Source of the DNA: the human T2T-CHM13v2.0 reference genome, Homo sapiens
Reading direction: 5' to 3' (one strand)
NCBI RefSeq assembly: GCF_009914755.1
Contig: NC_060932.1
Length of the DNA: 64,000 nucleotides
The notes under the pieces were generated by a model. It was not told where the DNA came from. It saw only the letters and a list, made by a program, of their open reading frames with translations, and did no database searches. A program made the position numbers and the translations under genes. Below, in pieces: positions 41,298-58,534 of this stretch (its first letter is position 1; each line of letters starts with the position of its first letter).

Positions 41298-43521
41298 CTG
41301 TGAGCTTTCTAGGTCCCTAGGAAACCATTTCTGCCTTGCTTTACAGGGGTCCTTGGGGCAGGCTGCCCGATGTACTGGGAAAAGGCCACAGGGAGAAGGA
41401 AACCTCCAGCTGAACTTTGTAACAATTCCAACTGAATGAGAAGACTCCTGGCCAGAACTCAGGGGAAGGCATGAATCTGGTGTGCAGACTCCACAGGCAG
41501 GGAAGCAGGAAAGTCCTTCTTGCTTTCGCAGCTGGGAGGCGGGTAGCCTGTGGCGAGTTCTCAGCCCTGCTCACCCACTCCCTGGAAACACACTCAGTGC
41601 TGTTGTGGGGGGCAGGGTGGAAGTAAGATTGGCCTTTTGGGTTGTGTGGGAGCTGGGCGAGGTCTGTGACTGCCAGCTTTCCCCTACTTTCCTGACAACC
41701 TGCATGACACAGCAGAGGCAGTCATAAGCTTTCTGGGAATATAACTCCATTGACCTGGGAACCAAACCTTCATCCCCCACAGCAGCTGCAGCAAGACCCG
41801 CGCAAGGAGAGTCTGACCTCAGACACAGCTAGCCCTGCCCAACCTGGTGGTCACTCCCTACCCATCCTGGTAGGTGAAGACAAAGGGCATATACTCTTGG
41901 GAGTTCTAGGGCCCTGCCCACCACCTGATCCTCTCCATATTACCACAGCTGATGCTCTTTTTAAAGTACCACCTCCTGGCAGGAGGCCAGTAATCACAAA
42001 AATGGTAAGTTAAACAGCCAAAACTAAGGACCCTTACAGAACCCATTTCATCCCCCTGCCACCTCCCTGGAGCAGGAGCTGGTATCCATGGCTGAGACAC
42101 CCACACACAGTTCACATCACAGGACTGTGCAGACAACCCCCAGTAGAGCCTGGAGCCTGGAAAACTTGCTAGGCGGCTAAATCCAGAAGAGAGATAACCA
42201 ATCACTGCAGCTCAGCTCTCAGGAAGCCACATCCCTAGGAAAAGGAGAAGAGTACTACATCAACGGAACACCCTATGAGACAAAAGAATCTAAACAACAG
42301 CCTTGACCCTAGACCCTCCTTCAGACAGAGCCTACCCAAATGAGAAGGAAGCAGAAAACCAACTCTGGTAATATGACAAAACAAGGTTCATTAACACCCT
42401 AAAAAAAATCACATTAGCTCACCAGCAATGGATACAAACCAAGAAGAAATCCCTGATTTACCTGAAAAAGAATTTGGAAGGGTGGTTATTAAGCTAATCA
42501 AGGAGGCACCAAAGAAAGGCAAAGTCCAATTTAAGAAAGTAAAAAAATGATACAAGAAATGAGGGGAGAAATCTACAATGAAATACATAGTATAAATAAA
42601 AAACAATCAAAACTTCAGGAATCAAAGGACGCACTTATAGAAATGCAAAATGCTCTGCAAATCTCACCAACAGAATCAAACAAACAGAAGAAAGAACTTC
42701 AGAGCTCAAAGCCAAGGTTTTTAAATAACCCAATCCAACAAAGAATATTCATATATATATATATATATATATTTGTTTATATATAGGTTTGTGTGTGTGA
42801 CTGCCAGCTTTCCCCTACTTTCCTTCCCTACTTACACACACACAAACCTAGAACCCAAAAGCAAATGCAATAAAAACAAAGATAAATAGTTGGGACTTAA
42901 TTAAACTAAAGAGCTTTTGCACAGCAAAAGGAATAGTCAGCAGAGTAAACAGACAACCCACAGAGTGGGAGAAAACTTTCACAATATATACATCTGAAAA
43001 AGGACTAATATCCAGAATCTACAACAAACTCAAACACATGATCAAGGAAAAAACAAACAAACCCATCAAAAAGTGGGCCAATGACATGAATAAACAATTC
43101 TCAAAAGAAGATAAACAAATGGCCAACAAACATGAAAAAATGCTCAACATCACTAATGATCAGGGAGATGCAAAACCACAATGTGACACCATCTTACTCC
43201 TGCAAGAATGGCCATCATAAAAAAATAAAAAAATAATAGATGTTGGCATGGATGCAGTGAACAGGGAACACTTCTACACTGCTGGTGGGAAGGTAAACCA
43301 GTACAACCACTATGGAAAACAGTGTGGAGGTTCCTTAAAGAAGTAAAAGTAGAACCTCCATTTGATCCAGCAATCCCACTACTGGGTATCTAGCCAGAGG
43401 AAAAGAAGTAATTATATGAAAAAAGCTACTTGCACATACATGTTTATAGCAGCACAATTCACAATGGCAAAAATGTGGAAGCAGCCCAACTGCCCATGAA
43501 TCAATGAGTGGAGAAAGAAAT
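41298..43521 (+). mobile_element. Internally deleted L1PB1/L1PBa: 5'UTR, ORF1 start (about 42340-42742), filler, ORF2 3' part (42851-43521)
   Basis: ORF1 start atgagaaggaagcagaaaaccaactctggtaatatgacaaaacaagg; ORF2 end gaacccaaaagcaaatgcaa...cttactcctgcaagaatggcc typical of L1PB. Confidence 0.85.
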
Positions 43522-46500
43522 GAAGGTCTTATTTAGCAAAGTTGTAGGTGATAAGAATAGAATGTCAGGTGAGTTATAAACCCAGTTTCAAGTTCTTAGT
43601 CATCCAGTTGCCTTTTCCCATTAATTAAAAATGCTATTTAGGCTTACATGTACTTTCAACACTTACTGACTAGTTTCAAGAAAGATAGAAAGATTCATTA
43701 TTTTGTTTGTGTTAGCTAAGAGTACTCAAGAGTTGAACTGGTTCCCTTGCTAGGGTAATTCAAAATTGCTACACTCATGAGATACCAGAATATTTAAATT
43801 TATTTTTGAAAGTCTGAATTAATAGAACATTAGCTTTTTTTCTGAGAAGATATATAAGAATTTGCGGCTGTCTCCCTTACGCTCTGGATTTGAACTGGTG
43901 AGACCTTGAAACATATGATATCATTACAGGGCCACACCACAATGAATGGGGAGTATACTGGGACGATAACACCTGTGCAGGAAAGTCTGCTTTTCTTAGT
44001 TTTTAAATTTTTGCACGTCAACTTATTTCACAATTTGGAGAAAACAAGTTACTGCTTCTCCATTGGTTCTCAGGACAATTGAATGTGGTAATTTGCATTT
44101 CTGAAAATATGTCAGTTTGGACATATACTTCAAACTGAACAAACTTCACATTTTAAAAATCACTAGCTATTATTCAAGTTCCAACTGCCAAATAGCTTGA
44201 ATATTAAGAACTGGTTTTAAAAAGCCAAACCCACAAAGTACTCCAGGAATTGTAAATCAGTCTTCAATTGTCAACCACCAAGACACTTCAATTTAGAAAA
44301 GAATCAAGAGACTTTCCCGTTATTCAAGTCTAAATGTCTTAACTCACTTTCAGACTGAGGATAAAACACCCTAAAGAAATGAAAAATGTAACAACACTCA
44401 CTCTTTTTTTCCTTTGGAAAGCTTTTTATACATTCTTTAAAAGTCAGGTATTATAAAACTGAGTTACTAGTCATTACTGATAGAGGTGAGAGGGAAACTG
44501 ATGATCTGAACAGAGCTGAAGGAAAGTTGTCTAAGTAATCAAAATTCCAGACTTCCATTTAGACCCCTGAATCATTTCCCAAGTTTTTTTGAGGTGGTTA
44601 AGTCCATCTTCTGCATTATTTCTCAAATGCGTTATGATATTGTTACCGTGTGTGTTTTCATTTTTTGTTACTGGTTTTACAATTTACCCTAATTGAATGA
44701 AAAATGAGGGCATAAAGTAAAGCATGGGAGTTCTTGATCCTTTTTCTCCTTTAACCCCACACGTTAAATAAAGACTTGCCTCATGCTGATTTTTGTAGCA
44801 TTTTGTAGGAGGCCCCTATCCAGCAATCATTCTCTGTGACTTCCAGACAACTGCCAGCCATATTCTTGCTTAGGAGAAATGGAGTTTAGAAAACTGACAA
44901 AGTCCCAGCCCAAAGCAAAAATTCACCAGGTCAGTAATCATGAAGCATCTAGCATTATTTTGATTATTTCAAAAATATTTTCCTTTATCTTTTTCAAATA
45001 TATCATCTGAATGAAGTGGGAGTTATGTGATATTGCTATAATTACCAGCTTTTCAAATAACCAATTTTAACTCACTGTGTAAAGTACAGAATACTAAATT
45101 TGTATTGTAATTTGTGATAAATTTTAACATTCCCATTTGAAAGGTTAACTTATAATATTAGGACTTTTATTTAATGATTTCAAACTAATAGTGGTTGCTT
45201 TTAGACAGATGATACTGAGGAATTGGGAAGGACAAGAGAAATACCAATTCTTTCCTATAAACACATTTGTGCTATTGGAGTTCCTTGCCATACAGAGGCA
45301 ATGCTCATTAACATTTGTTGTTTTATTAAAAATTTTATTTCAAACTACATTAGAGATACTAATTGCAGAGCACTTGCTCTACCAACAAAGGTAGAAAGAA
45401 TTAAATGGCTTGTCTAAAGGTTCCAGATATGTTAGATATGTCAGAGTTGGGAAGAGAATAAAAAATCAATATTCCAGTGTTTTCCTATCCATGAACTTCT
45501 CTACCACAATGCATTTAGATTTGGTTACAAATAAATTTTTATTTCCAATACCTATTTCAGGGTTTTCTTTGTATTTTATTCCTAAATTGCTAACCAATGT
45601 TTATTTTATTTGAAGCATATGTTAACCACTCTTGATTATGTTTTTTCCAAAAATGATTTTCCCTAGTGACAACTGAAACTCAAGTGATGATTACAACAAA
45701 AGAGATTTTAAGAGTTCTTCCAGAACCAGGGTCATTGGTGACATTTCCATAAATCACACACAAACTCAACAGAGACCATCTTACAGAGAAGCCTCATTCT
45801 AATAAGCATAATATACAGAGGTTAAAATAGCCCTGTTGTATTTATCTTTCACTGTGCAGCTTACCAAAACCAAATTTCTGTCATCAACAATTATTAATCA
45901 TCCATATACCCCACAGAGAATTTTAATAAAGCATATTATGAACCTGGGGGTGGTGGTGGTATGAGAAAGACACAAATGTGATCCAAATTTATAAAAGGAG
46001 ACGGGGGTCCCTGTTACTCCACCACATCTGTTTGCCACATGTTCATAAATCACATCAATGTTTTGAACATTTCTCCTAGCACCTTCCTGTCACTTCAGTT
46101 TTATAGTTCATAATTCTACCCCTCATCCTCACAAAAAGAAAAGAGGAGAAAAGTTTCTCATTATTGTATTTCAGGCTTGAGAGTGACATTTGACCAAGTA
46201 TGAAGTCAACCAACTGCAGGTAAGGGCTGGTGCCAAAGGACCCTCCAATTTCTTGAGATTTGGTCACAGCAAGCAAAAGTGGTAGTGAAACTTCCCGTTT
46301 ATTCTAAAGTAACAGTGTAATAACGTGAAGACACCAATGACCACCACTGCCAGACGAAAAGAAAGCTGCATTTTGAGTCTGAATCCACAAAATAGAATTG
46401 CCAAAAAGAAAGCTGCTAACTTAGAAAAAGATATTTTTCCTGGCAAATGGGATCCTCTGATACTCCGTGCACACTACTCTGTTTATTTTCATTTTCCAGT

Positions 46501-46719
46501 GATGCTAATGCATGTCTACATATAGTGCAGTGCCTGTTCTCCAGGAATTTGCTATCTGTGACAACTGTGACTTGTAAAGACAGAGCAACAAGATTCAAGC
46601 CTGCATTTTTTTGGACAGTTTATGTGATCCATTCGTTTATTTAATGGAAACAAAATTAAGCAAACTGAGAATACAAAGAAAGTCAAATTAGCTAGGTGGT
46701 ATCATATAGATAAAACTGA

Positions 46720-49000
<2,281 letters not shown>

Positions 49001-51087
49001 AAAGTAAGATATTACATGCATTTTCAGGAATTATGATGAAGATGAAGCTAGAAGAATTGTACATAGGGTATTTCGAATATTGAATGAGGAAGACAGAGCA
49101 AGATGGCAGAATAGAAGTCTATACCCATTAATTCTCCCCAACAGGAACACCAAATTTTAACAACTGTCTGCACACAGAAAAGTGCTATCACAAGAACCAA
49201 AAATCAAGTGAGCAATCACAGTACCTAGTTTTAGCTTCATGTCTCTAAAAGAGGCATTGAAGGGATCCAGAGAGACAGTCTTGAATTGCTGATGCTGCCC
49301 CCCAACCCCATTCCCCCGCAGTTGTAGGGTGTGGAGACTGGGGGACTGTGCACCTTGGTAAGGGAGAGTGCAGCAAATGGAAGGCTTTACATTGAACTCA
49401 GTGCTACCCTGTCATAGTGGAGACCAAAACCATGCTGGGCTCAGCCAGTGCCTGTGTATGGAGGGAGAATTTGGAAGACTCAGCCAGAGGGGAATCAGCC
49501 ATCCCAGCAAGTTGGAACTTTGTCTGCAAGCCTCGCCCCATGGGCCGAAGTGCTCTGGGGTCCTAGGTAAACTTGAAAGACAGTCTAGGACACAAGGACT
49601 GCAATTCCTACGCAAGTCTTAGTGCTAGGCTAGGCTCAGGGCCAGAGGACCAGGGCAGCATGTGTCCTAGGGAGTTACCAGCTAGGGTGGCTAAGAGAGC
49701 GCTTGTGCCATCCCTCCCCCAACCTCAGGCAGTGCAGCTCGAAAAAAAAGGTGACTCCTTCCTTCTGCTTAAAGAGAGGAGAGCAAAAATAAAGAGGGCT
49801 TTGTCTTGCACCTTGGATACCAGCTCAGCCACAGTAGCATAGGGCGCCAGGCAGAATCATGAGGCCCACATTCCAGGCCCTTACTCCCAGATGACATTTC
49901 TAGACACATCCTGGGCCAGAGGTTACCTGCTGCCTTGAAAGGATGGACCCAGTCCTGGCAGGATTCATCACCTGCCGACTAAAGAGCCCCTGGACCCTGA
50001 ATAACCAGCAGTGATACCAAGGTAGTACACTGTGGTCCTTGGGCTCTGAGATGTGCTGACTTCAGGCATGACTCAGCAAACTTCCAGTTGTGGTGGCTAT
50101 GGTGAAAGACTCCTCTGAGAAAAGCAGAGAAAAGTAAGGGGGACTTTGTCTTGCAGCTTAGGTACCAGCTCGGCCACAGTAGGGTAGAGCAACAAGCAGG
50201 CTCTTGGGGTCCCGAGAGCATTTCTGGATCTTGGAGAGCATTTCTGGATCTGCCCTGGGCTGAAAGGAGTCCACTGCCCTGAAGCCTGAGTCTCAGGCCT
50301 GGCAGCATTCGCCATAAGCTGACTGAAGAGCCTTTGGGTTTTGAGTGAACATTGGCAGTGGCCTTGCAAAAACCCCTTGTGGGCTGTTGGTGGTGGTGGC
50401 CAGAGGGAGAGGCTCCTTTGCCTATGGAAAGGGGAGGGAAGAGCAGGAAGAACTTTGTTATGTGGTTTGAGTGCCAGTTTAGCTGCAGCAAAACAGAACA
50501 TCAAGCAAATTTCTAAGGTTTTTGACTCCAATTCTGGCTCCCAGGAAGCATCTCTGGACTTGCTGAGGTCCTGGGGAGCTCATCAACCTGAAGGCAAGGA
50601 CACAAACCTGGCTGGCTTTGCCACATGCTGATCATAGTGTTCCAGGGCCTTAAGTAAACATAGGCAGTAGTCAGGTAGTGGTTACAGCATGCCTTGGGTG
50701 AGACCCAGGGCTGTGCTGGCTTAGGGTCTGACCCAGTACAGTCCCAGTGGTGGTGGCCACAGGGGTGCTTGCATCACCACATCCCCAGTTCCAGGTGGCT
50801 CAGCAAAGACAGAGAGATTCCATTTGTTTGGGAGAAAGTAAGGGAAAAGAACAAGAGTTTCTGCCTGATAATCCAGAGAATTCTTCTGGATCTTATCCAA
50901 GGCCACCAAGGTGGTACCTCTATGAGTCTGCAAAAACCACAGCATTATTGGGCTTGAAGTCCCTTCAAATACCTGGAAAACCTTCTCAAGAAAGATGGGC
51001 ACAAACAGGTCCAGACTGCGAAGACTACAATAAATGCCAAACTCTTCAATGCCCAGACACGACAAACATCCATAAGCATCAAGATCA

Positions 51088-51646
<559 letters not shown>

Positions 51647-52060
51647 TTAATAATTAGAACATACAAGGAGGTCAAGCAACTCTATAGGAAAAAAATCTAG
51701 TAATCTAACTTTAAAATGGGCAAAAGATATAGATAGATGGATCTCAAAAGAAAACATACAAATGGCAAAGAGGCATATGAAAAGGTGCTCAACATCACTG
51801 ATCATCAGCAAAATTTAAATCAAAGCTGCAATGAGATGTCATCTCACCAGAGTTAAAATGGCTTATATCCAAAAGACAGGCAATAACAAATGCTGGCGAG
51901 AATGTGGAGAAAAGGGAACCCTTGTACACTGTTGGTGGGAACGTAAATTAGTACAACCGCTATGGAGAATAGTTTGGAGGTTCCTCAAAAAACTAAAAAT
52001 TGAGCTACCATGTGATCCAGCAATCCCACTGCTGGGTATATACTCAAAAGAAAGGAAATC

Positions 52061-52365
52061 GCCAGGCGCAGTGGCTCATGCCTGTAATACCAGCACTTTG
52101 GGAGGCTGAGGTGGGTGGATCACGAGGTCAGGATTTCAAGACCAGCCTGGCCAAGATGATGAAACCCCGTCTGTACTAAAAATACAAAAATTAGCTGAGT
52201 GTGGTGGCGGGCACCTGTAATCCCAGGTATTCAGGAGGCTGAGGCAGAGAACTGCTTGAACCCAGGAGGTGGAGGTTGCAGTGAGCCGAGATCACACCAC
52301 TGCACTCCAGCCTGGGTGACAGAGTAAGACTCCATCTCAAAAAAAATAATAAATAAAAAGAAAAG
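52061..52365 (+). mobile_element. AluSg-like
   Basis: ggatcacgaggtcagga diagnostic deletion; TSD aaaagaaaggaaatc (52046-52060, 52366-52380). Confidence 0.92.
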
Positions 52366-55239
52366 AAAAGAAAGGAAATCAGTATATCCAACAGATATTG
52401 GCACTCCTATATTGGTTGCAGCACTATTCACAATAGCCAAGATTTGGAATCAACCTAAGTGTCCATCAATAGATAAATGGATAAAGAAAATGTGGTACAT
52501 ATACACAATGGAGTACTATTCAGCCATAAAAAGAATGAGATCTTGTCATTTTCAACAACCTGGATGGAATTGGAAGTCATTTTGTTAAGTGAAATAAGCC
52601 AGGCACAGAAAGACAAACATTGCATGTTCTCACTTATTTGTGGGATCTAAAAATCAGAACAATTGAACTCATGGAGATAGAGTAGAAGGCTGGTTACCAG
52701 AGACTGGGAAGGGTAGTGAGTGAGGGAGGGGGCAGGTGGGGATGGTTAATGGGTACAAAGAGAAAGAATAAGACCTAGTATTTGATCGCACAATAGGGTG
52801 ACTATAGATAAAATAATTTAATTATGCATTTAAAAATAACTAAAATAGTATAATTGGATTATTTGAACACAAATGATAAACACGTGAGACGATGGATACT
52901 TCATTATCCATGATGTGATTATTATGCACTTCATGCCTGATTCACAATATCTTACATTCCCCCTAAATATATACACCTACTATGTATCCACAAAAATTAA
53001 GGATTATAATTTTTTAAAATTTAAATGAGATAATACATTTAGAACAAGATGATCACACAGAAGGAACAAAGTGAAATAGCTCAATAAATGGTAGCTATTA
53101 TTTATTGTCATTATCATTATATTTAAATGTTAAATTTAAACTTTCAGAGTTAACCAGAAGAATCCTGCACCTTCCTTGATATTAATGTCTAATGTGATTA
53201 CAAATGAGCATTCTAAACTAAAAGGCAATTTGGCAATCTGAAGCAGGAAGCAGAAGGCCAAAACAACCAAACACTTCTGACATTTATTATACAGAAACAA
53301 TAATAACAAACAGTTCAGTGAGAGAAAAGGATAAACAAAAGCCTCACAATTGAATTTAAAGGGATTGCATAGATTCATTTGAAAATTGGTACAGCTTTAA
53401 AAATGGCGAGAGGAAATTCAGCTTTGAGATAATGCTAGAAAACATTTAATATCTTCTACATTGAAAAGTGGTCTCTCTATTCTTAGAGACCTTACAGAAC
53501 CTATTGCATTTTCATGCAATTTTCCACATTCTACTGTTTAATAATTTTTTGAGTACTTGTATTTTTTGTTGTATTTTGAGTACTTGTATTTTTTTTCTTC
53601 TGGATCATAAGAATTTGAAGGCCTTGAATAATGTTATTCATTTTTGGCTTTCCCCATTTATCTACCACGCCTTGTACATAGTTGAAACTCATTAAAATTG
53701 CTTTGTAGATGAAGAGATAAAAATAAATCTTCTAAAAATAACTGCATTTGTGATAAGAGCTGCTTAAATTCGGTAGTACTTACCCTTCCTGTCACAGAGA
53801 AAGACAAACATTCTCTTCAACCCTCTTCTCACCCCACCAAAGAGAGACCAAACAGGAGCCAAGACTAAGATTTATCAAGGAATGTATGCATCCAAGCTTT
53901 TAAGGTGAAAGTCTTCAAATGTTTCAGAAATAGATCCTTCTGACAGAAACTCAAATATTCCTAGTTTTGAAAGTATCAGACACATAATGGCTCCTTTGTT
54001 CTTCATTTAAGAAGCGTGTTACTTTGCAGCACATGACATAATCAAGAATTTTAGTGGATCCTGTTTCTCTCCAACCACCTATTGTACTTATAAAAAAAGA
54101 GGCAATGGTGTAGAATATTCACTGAGGCATATTCTTACTGAGGTTTTCCACGTTTACTTCTATCTTCTCTCTCCCATACCCTGATCGCTTCTGTGCCTCT
54201 CTCATTACTATGCAGCAGAAGACTGGGTGACAAATCATTGTCTAAATAGTATCCATTAGTTATCCATTAAGCCAAAGACTGCTTTCTTTTAAAGAGTGGA
54301 TTAAAAACTGCACCTTACTCTTTGTGTTGAACTCTTTAAGTGCCAGATGGTTTCATTTCAACAGTAAGTTGCTGATCTTCCCATGACACTTGCCAGAAGA
54401 AAGTCTGGGACACCTCTTCACATGTTTCTTGAAGTAGTCTCTTGATACTAAGGAAACCTCTCCAGATGTAACCCAGTAAAGATAATACCTTACAAACCAT
54501 AAATAAAATGGCCTCAACTAACTTCACATCAGGAGACGGACAGCCTGTAGGAAGGCATTCTTTTCTTCCTGTAAAACTCAACAAAGAAGGTGGCATGAAA
54601 TTGAAGGTACAGGGTGTGATTCTCTACTTTCACATTAGAATCTTCCCAGATCAATTAAATTTGAATATCTAAGGAAGGGGGGATTGGGACATTTGCTATT
54701 ATTTTTTTAAACTTCTTTGGTAATTCTAATGTTCCAGGTTTAGAAACAGTGCTATGAGCCTACTGGCAGGAGTATCATATTTGCTCCTTAAAATGAAAAA
54801 GCTATACATGCTTTATTGTTTTTTAAAAGATAGCTATAGATAACCAAAAATAAGACAAACAAAATCCATGTGTAGTCTCCATTTCTAGAGAAAAGAAGTA
54901 TTAAAATCTGGGTGTATTTTCTTCCAGATCCTTTACTTTGCATGTTTGTGTGAAAACATGCATGCAAGCATAAGCAGTTTTGTTTCTTGCATTTTTTTCA
55001 CTTCAAAGATTATAAAAAAAAATTTAGGCTTATAATTCCATTGAGAAAATAGCCAATAATGTAGGAAAGAGGGTCAATGTAATTCAGTCTTTATTTATAT
55101 AATACCTCACTGAAAAAGTCTAATCCATCATTAGAATGACCCTATAAGCAGGAAAGCATTATCTGACTTATTCCTTCTTTCTTGCCTTCTTGCCTTCCTG
55201 CCTTTCTTTCTGTTTTTGCATAGGTGAATTTATAAAAGA

Positions 55240-56193
<954 letters not shown>

Positions 56194-56262
56194 GAAACTC
56201 AAAGCCCTTATTTTACATTTTAGTGTTCTGACTTGACCATTTATTACTTTTTAAAAAAGGAT

Positions 56263-58534
56263 TGTATTAGTCTATTTTCATGCTACTGATAAAGACATAC
56301 CCAAGACTGGGCAATTTACAAAGAGGTTTAATTGGACTTAACAGTTTCACATGGTTGAGGAAGCCTCACAATCATTGTGGAAGGCAAGGAGGAACAAATC
56401 ACATCTTACATGGATAACAGCAGACAAAAAGAGAGCTTGTTCAGGGAGACTCCCTTTCTCAAAACCATCAAATCTCATGATACTTATTCACTATCATAAG
56501 AACAGCATGGGAAACACCTGTCCCCATGATTCAATTACCTCCCACTGGGTCCTTTCCACAACACATGGGAATTCAAGATGAGATTTGGGTGGGGACACAG
56601 CCAAACTATATTATTCCACTCTTGGCCCCTCCCAAATCTCATGTCCTCACATTTCAAAACCAATCATGCCTTCCCAACAGTTCCCCAAAGTCTCAACCCA
56701 TTTCAGCATTAACTCAAAAGTGCAGTCCAATGTCTCATCTGAGACAAGGCAAGTCCCTTCTGCCTATGAGACTGTAAAACCAAAAGCAAGTTAGTTACTT
56801 CCCAGATACCATGGGGGTACAGGCATTGGGTAAATACAGTCATTCCAAATGGGAGAAATTGGCCAAAACCAAGGGGCTACAGGGCCCATGCAGGTCTGAA
56901 ATCCATCATGGCAGTCAAATCTTAAAGCTCCAAAATAATCTCCTTCAACCCCATGTTTCATATGCAGGTCATGCTGATGCAAGAGGTTCCCATGGTCTTG
57001 GGCAGCTTAGCCCCTGTGTCTTTGTAGGGTATAGCCTCCTTCCCAGCTGCTTTCACAGTCTGGCATTGAGTGTCTGCAGCTTTTCCAGGCACACGGTGCA
57101 AGATGTCAGTGGATTTACCTTTCTGGGGTCTGGAGGATGGTGGCCCTCTTCTCACAGCTCCACTAGGCAGTGCCCCAGTAGGACTCTGTGTGGGGGCTCT
57201 GACCCCATATTTCCCTTCTGCACTGCTCTAGCAGAGTTCTCCATGAGAGCCCCACCCCTGCAGCAAACTTTTGCCTGGACATCTAGTCATTTCCATACGT
57301 CTTCTGAAATCTAGGTGGAGGTTTCCAAACCTCAGTTCTTGACTGCTGTGCACCTGGCAGGCTCAACACCACATGGAAGCTGCCAAGGTTTGGGGCTTGC
57401 ACCCTCTGAAGCCATGGCCCGAGCTGTACATTGGCCCCTTTTAGTCATGGCTGGAGTGGCTGGGACACAGGGCACTAAGTCCCTAGACTGCACACAGCAT
57501 GGGGACCCTGGGCCTGTCCCCCAAAACCATTTTTTCCTCCTAGGCCTCGAGGCCTGTGATGGGAGTGGTCTCAATGGTCTCTGACAGGACCTGGAGACAT
57601 TTTCCCTATTGTCCTAGTGATTAACATTTGGCTCCTTGTTACTTATGCAATTTTCTGCAGCTGGCTTGGATTTCTTCTCTGAAAATGGGATTTTTTTTTT
57701 CTATGGCATTGTCAGGCTGCAAATTTTCTGAACTTTTATACTCTGTTTCCCTTTTAAAACTGAATGCCTTTAACAGCACCCAAGTCACCTCTTGAATGCT
57801 TTGCTGCTTAGAAGTTTCTTCCACCAGATACCCTAAATCATCTCTCAAGTTCAAAGTTCCACAAATCTCTAGGGCAGGAGCAAAATGCTGCCAATCTCTT
57901 TGCTAAAACATCATAAGAGTCACCTTTGCTTCAGGTTCCAACAAGTTCCTTATCTCCATCTGAGACCACCTCAGCTTGGATTTCATTGTCCATATCATTA
58001 TCAGCATTTTGGTCAAAGCCATTCAATAAGTCTCTAGGGAGTTCCAAACTTTCCCACATCTTCCCATCTTCTTCTGAGCCCTCCAAACTGTTTCAACCTC
58101 TGCCTGTTACCCAGTTCCAAAGTTGCTTCCACATTTTCATGTATCTTTTCAGCAGCACACACTCTACCGGTACCAATTTACTGTATTAGTCTGTTTTCAT
58201 CCTGCTGATAAAAACATACCCAAGAAGACTGGGCAATTTACAAAAGAAAAAGGTTTATTGGACTTACAGTTCCACATGGCTGGGGAGGCCTCACAATCAT
58301 GGTGGAAGGCAAGGAGAGCAAGTCACATCTTACGTGGATGGCAGCAGGCAAAGAGAGCTTGTTCAGGGAAACTCCCATTTTAAAACTATCAGATCTTGTG
58401 AGACTCATTCACTATCATGAGAAAAGCACAGGAAAGACACACCCCCATAATTCAGTCATCTCCTACTGGGTTCTTCCCAAGACTCATGGGAATTCAAGAT
58501 GAGATTTGTGTGGGGACACAGCCAAACCATATCA
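56263..58534 (-). mobile_element. Full-length THE1B MaLR: LTR 56263-56613, internal 56614-58181, LTR 58182-58534
   Basis: Two about 350 bp direct-repeat LTRs (tgtattagtc...ccatatca) around 1.57 kb of THE1 internal sequence ending ggtaccaatttac. Confidence 0.93.
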
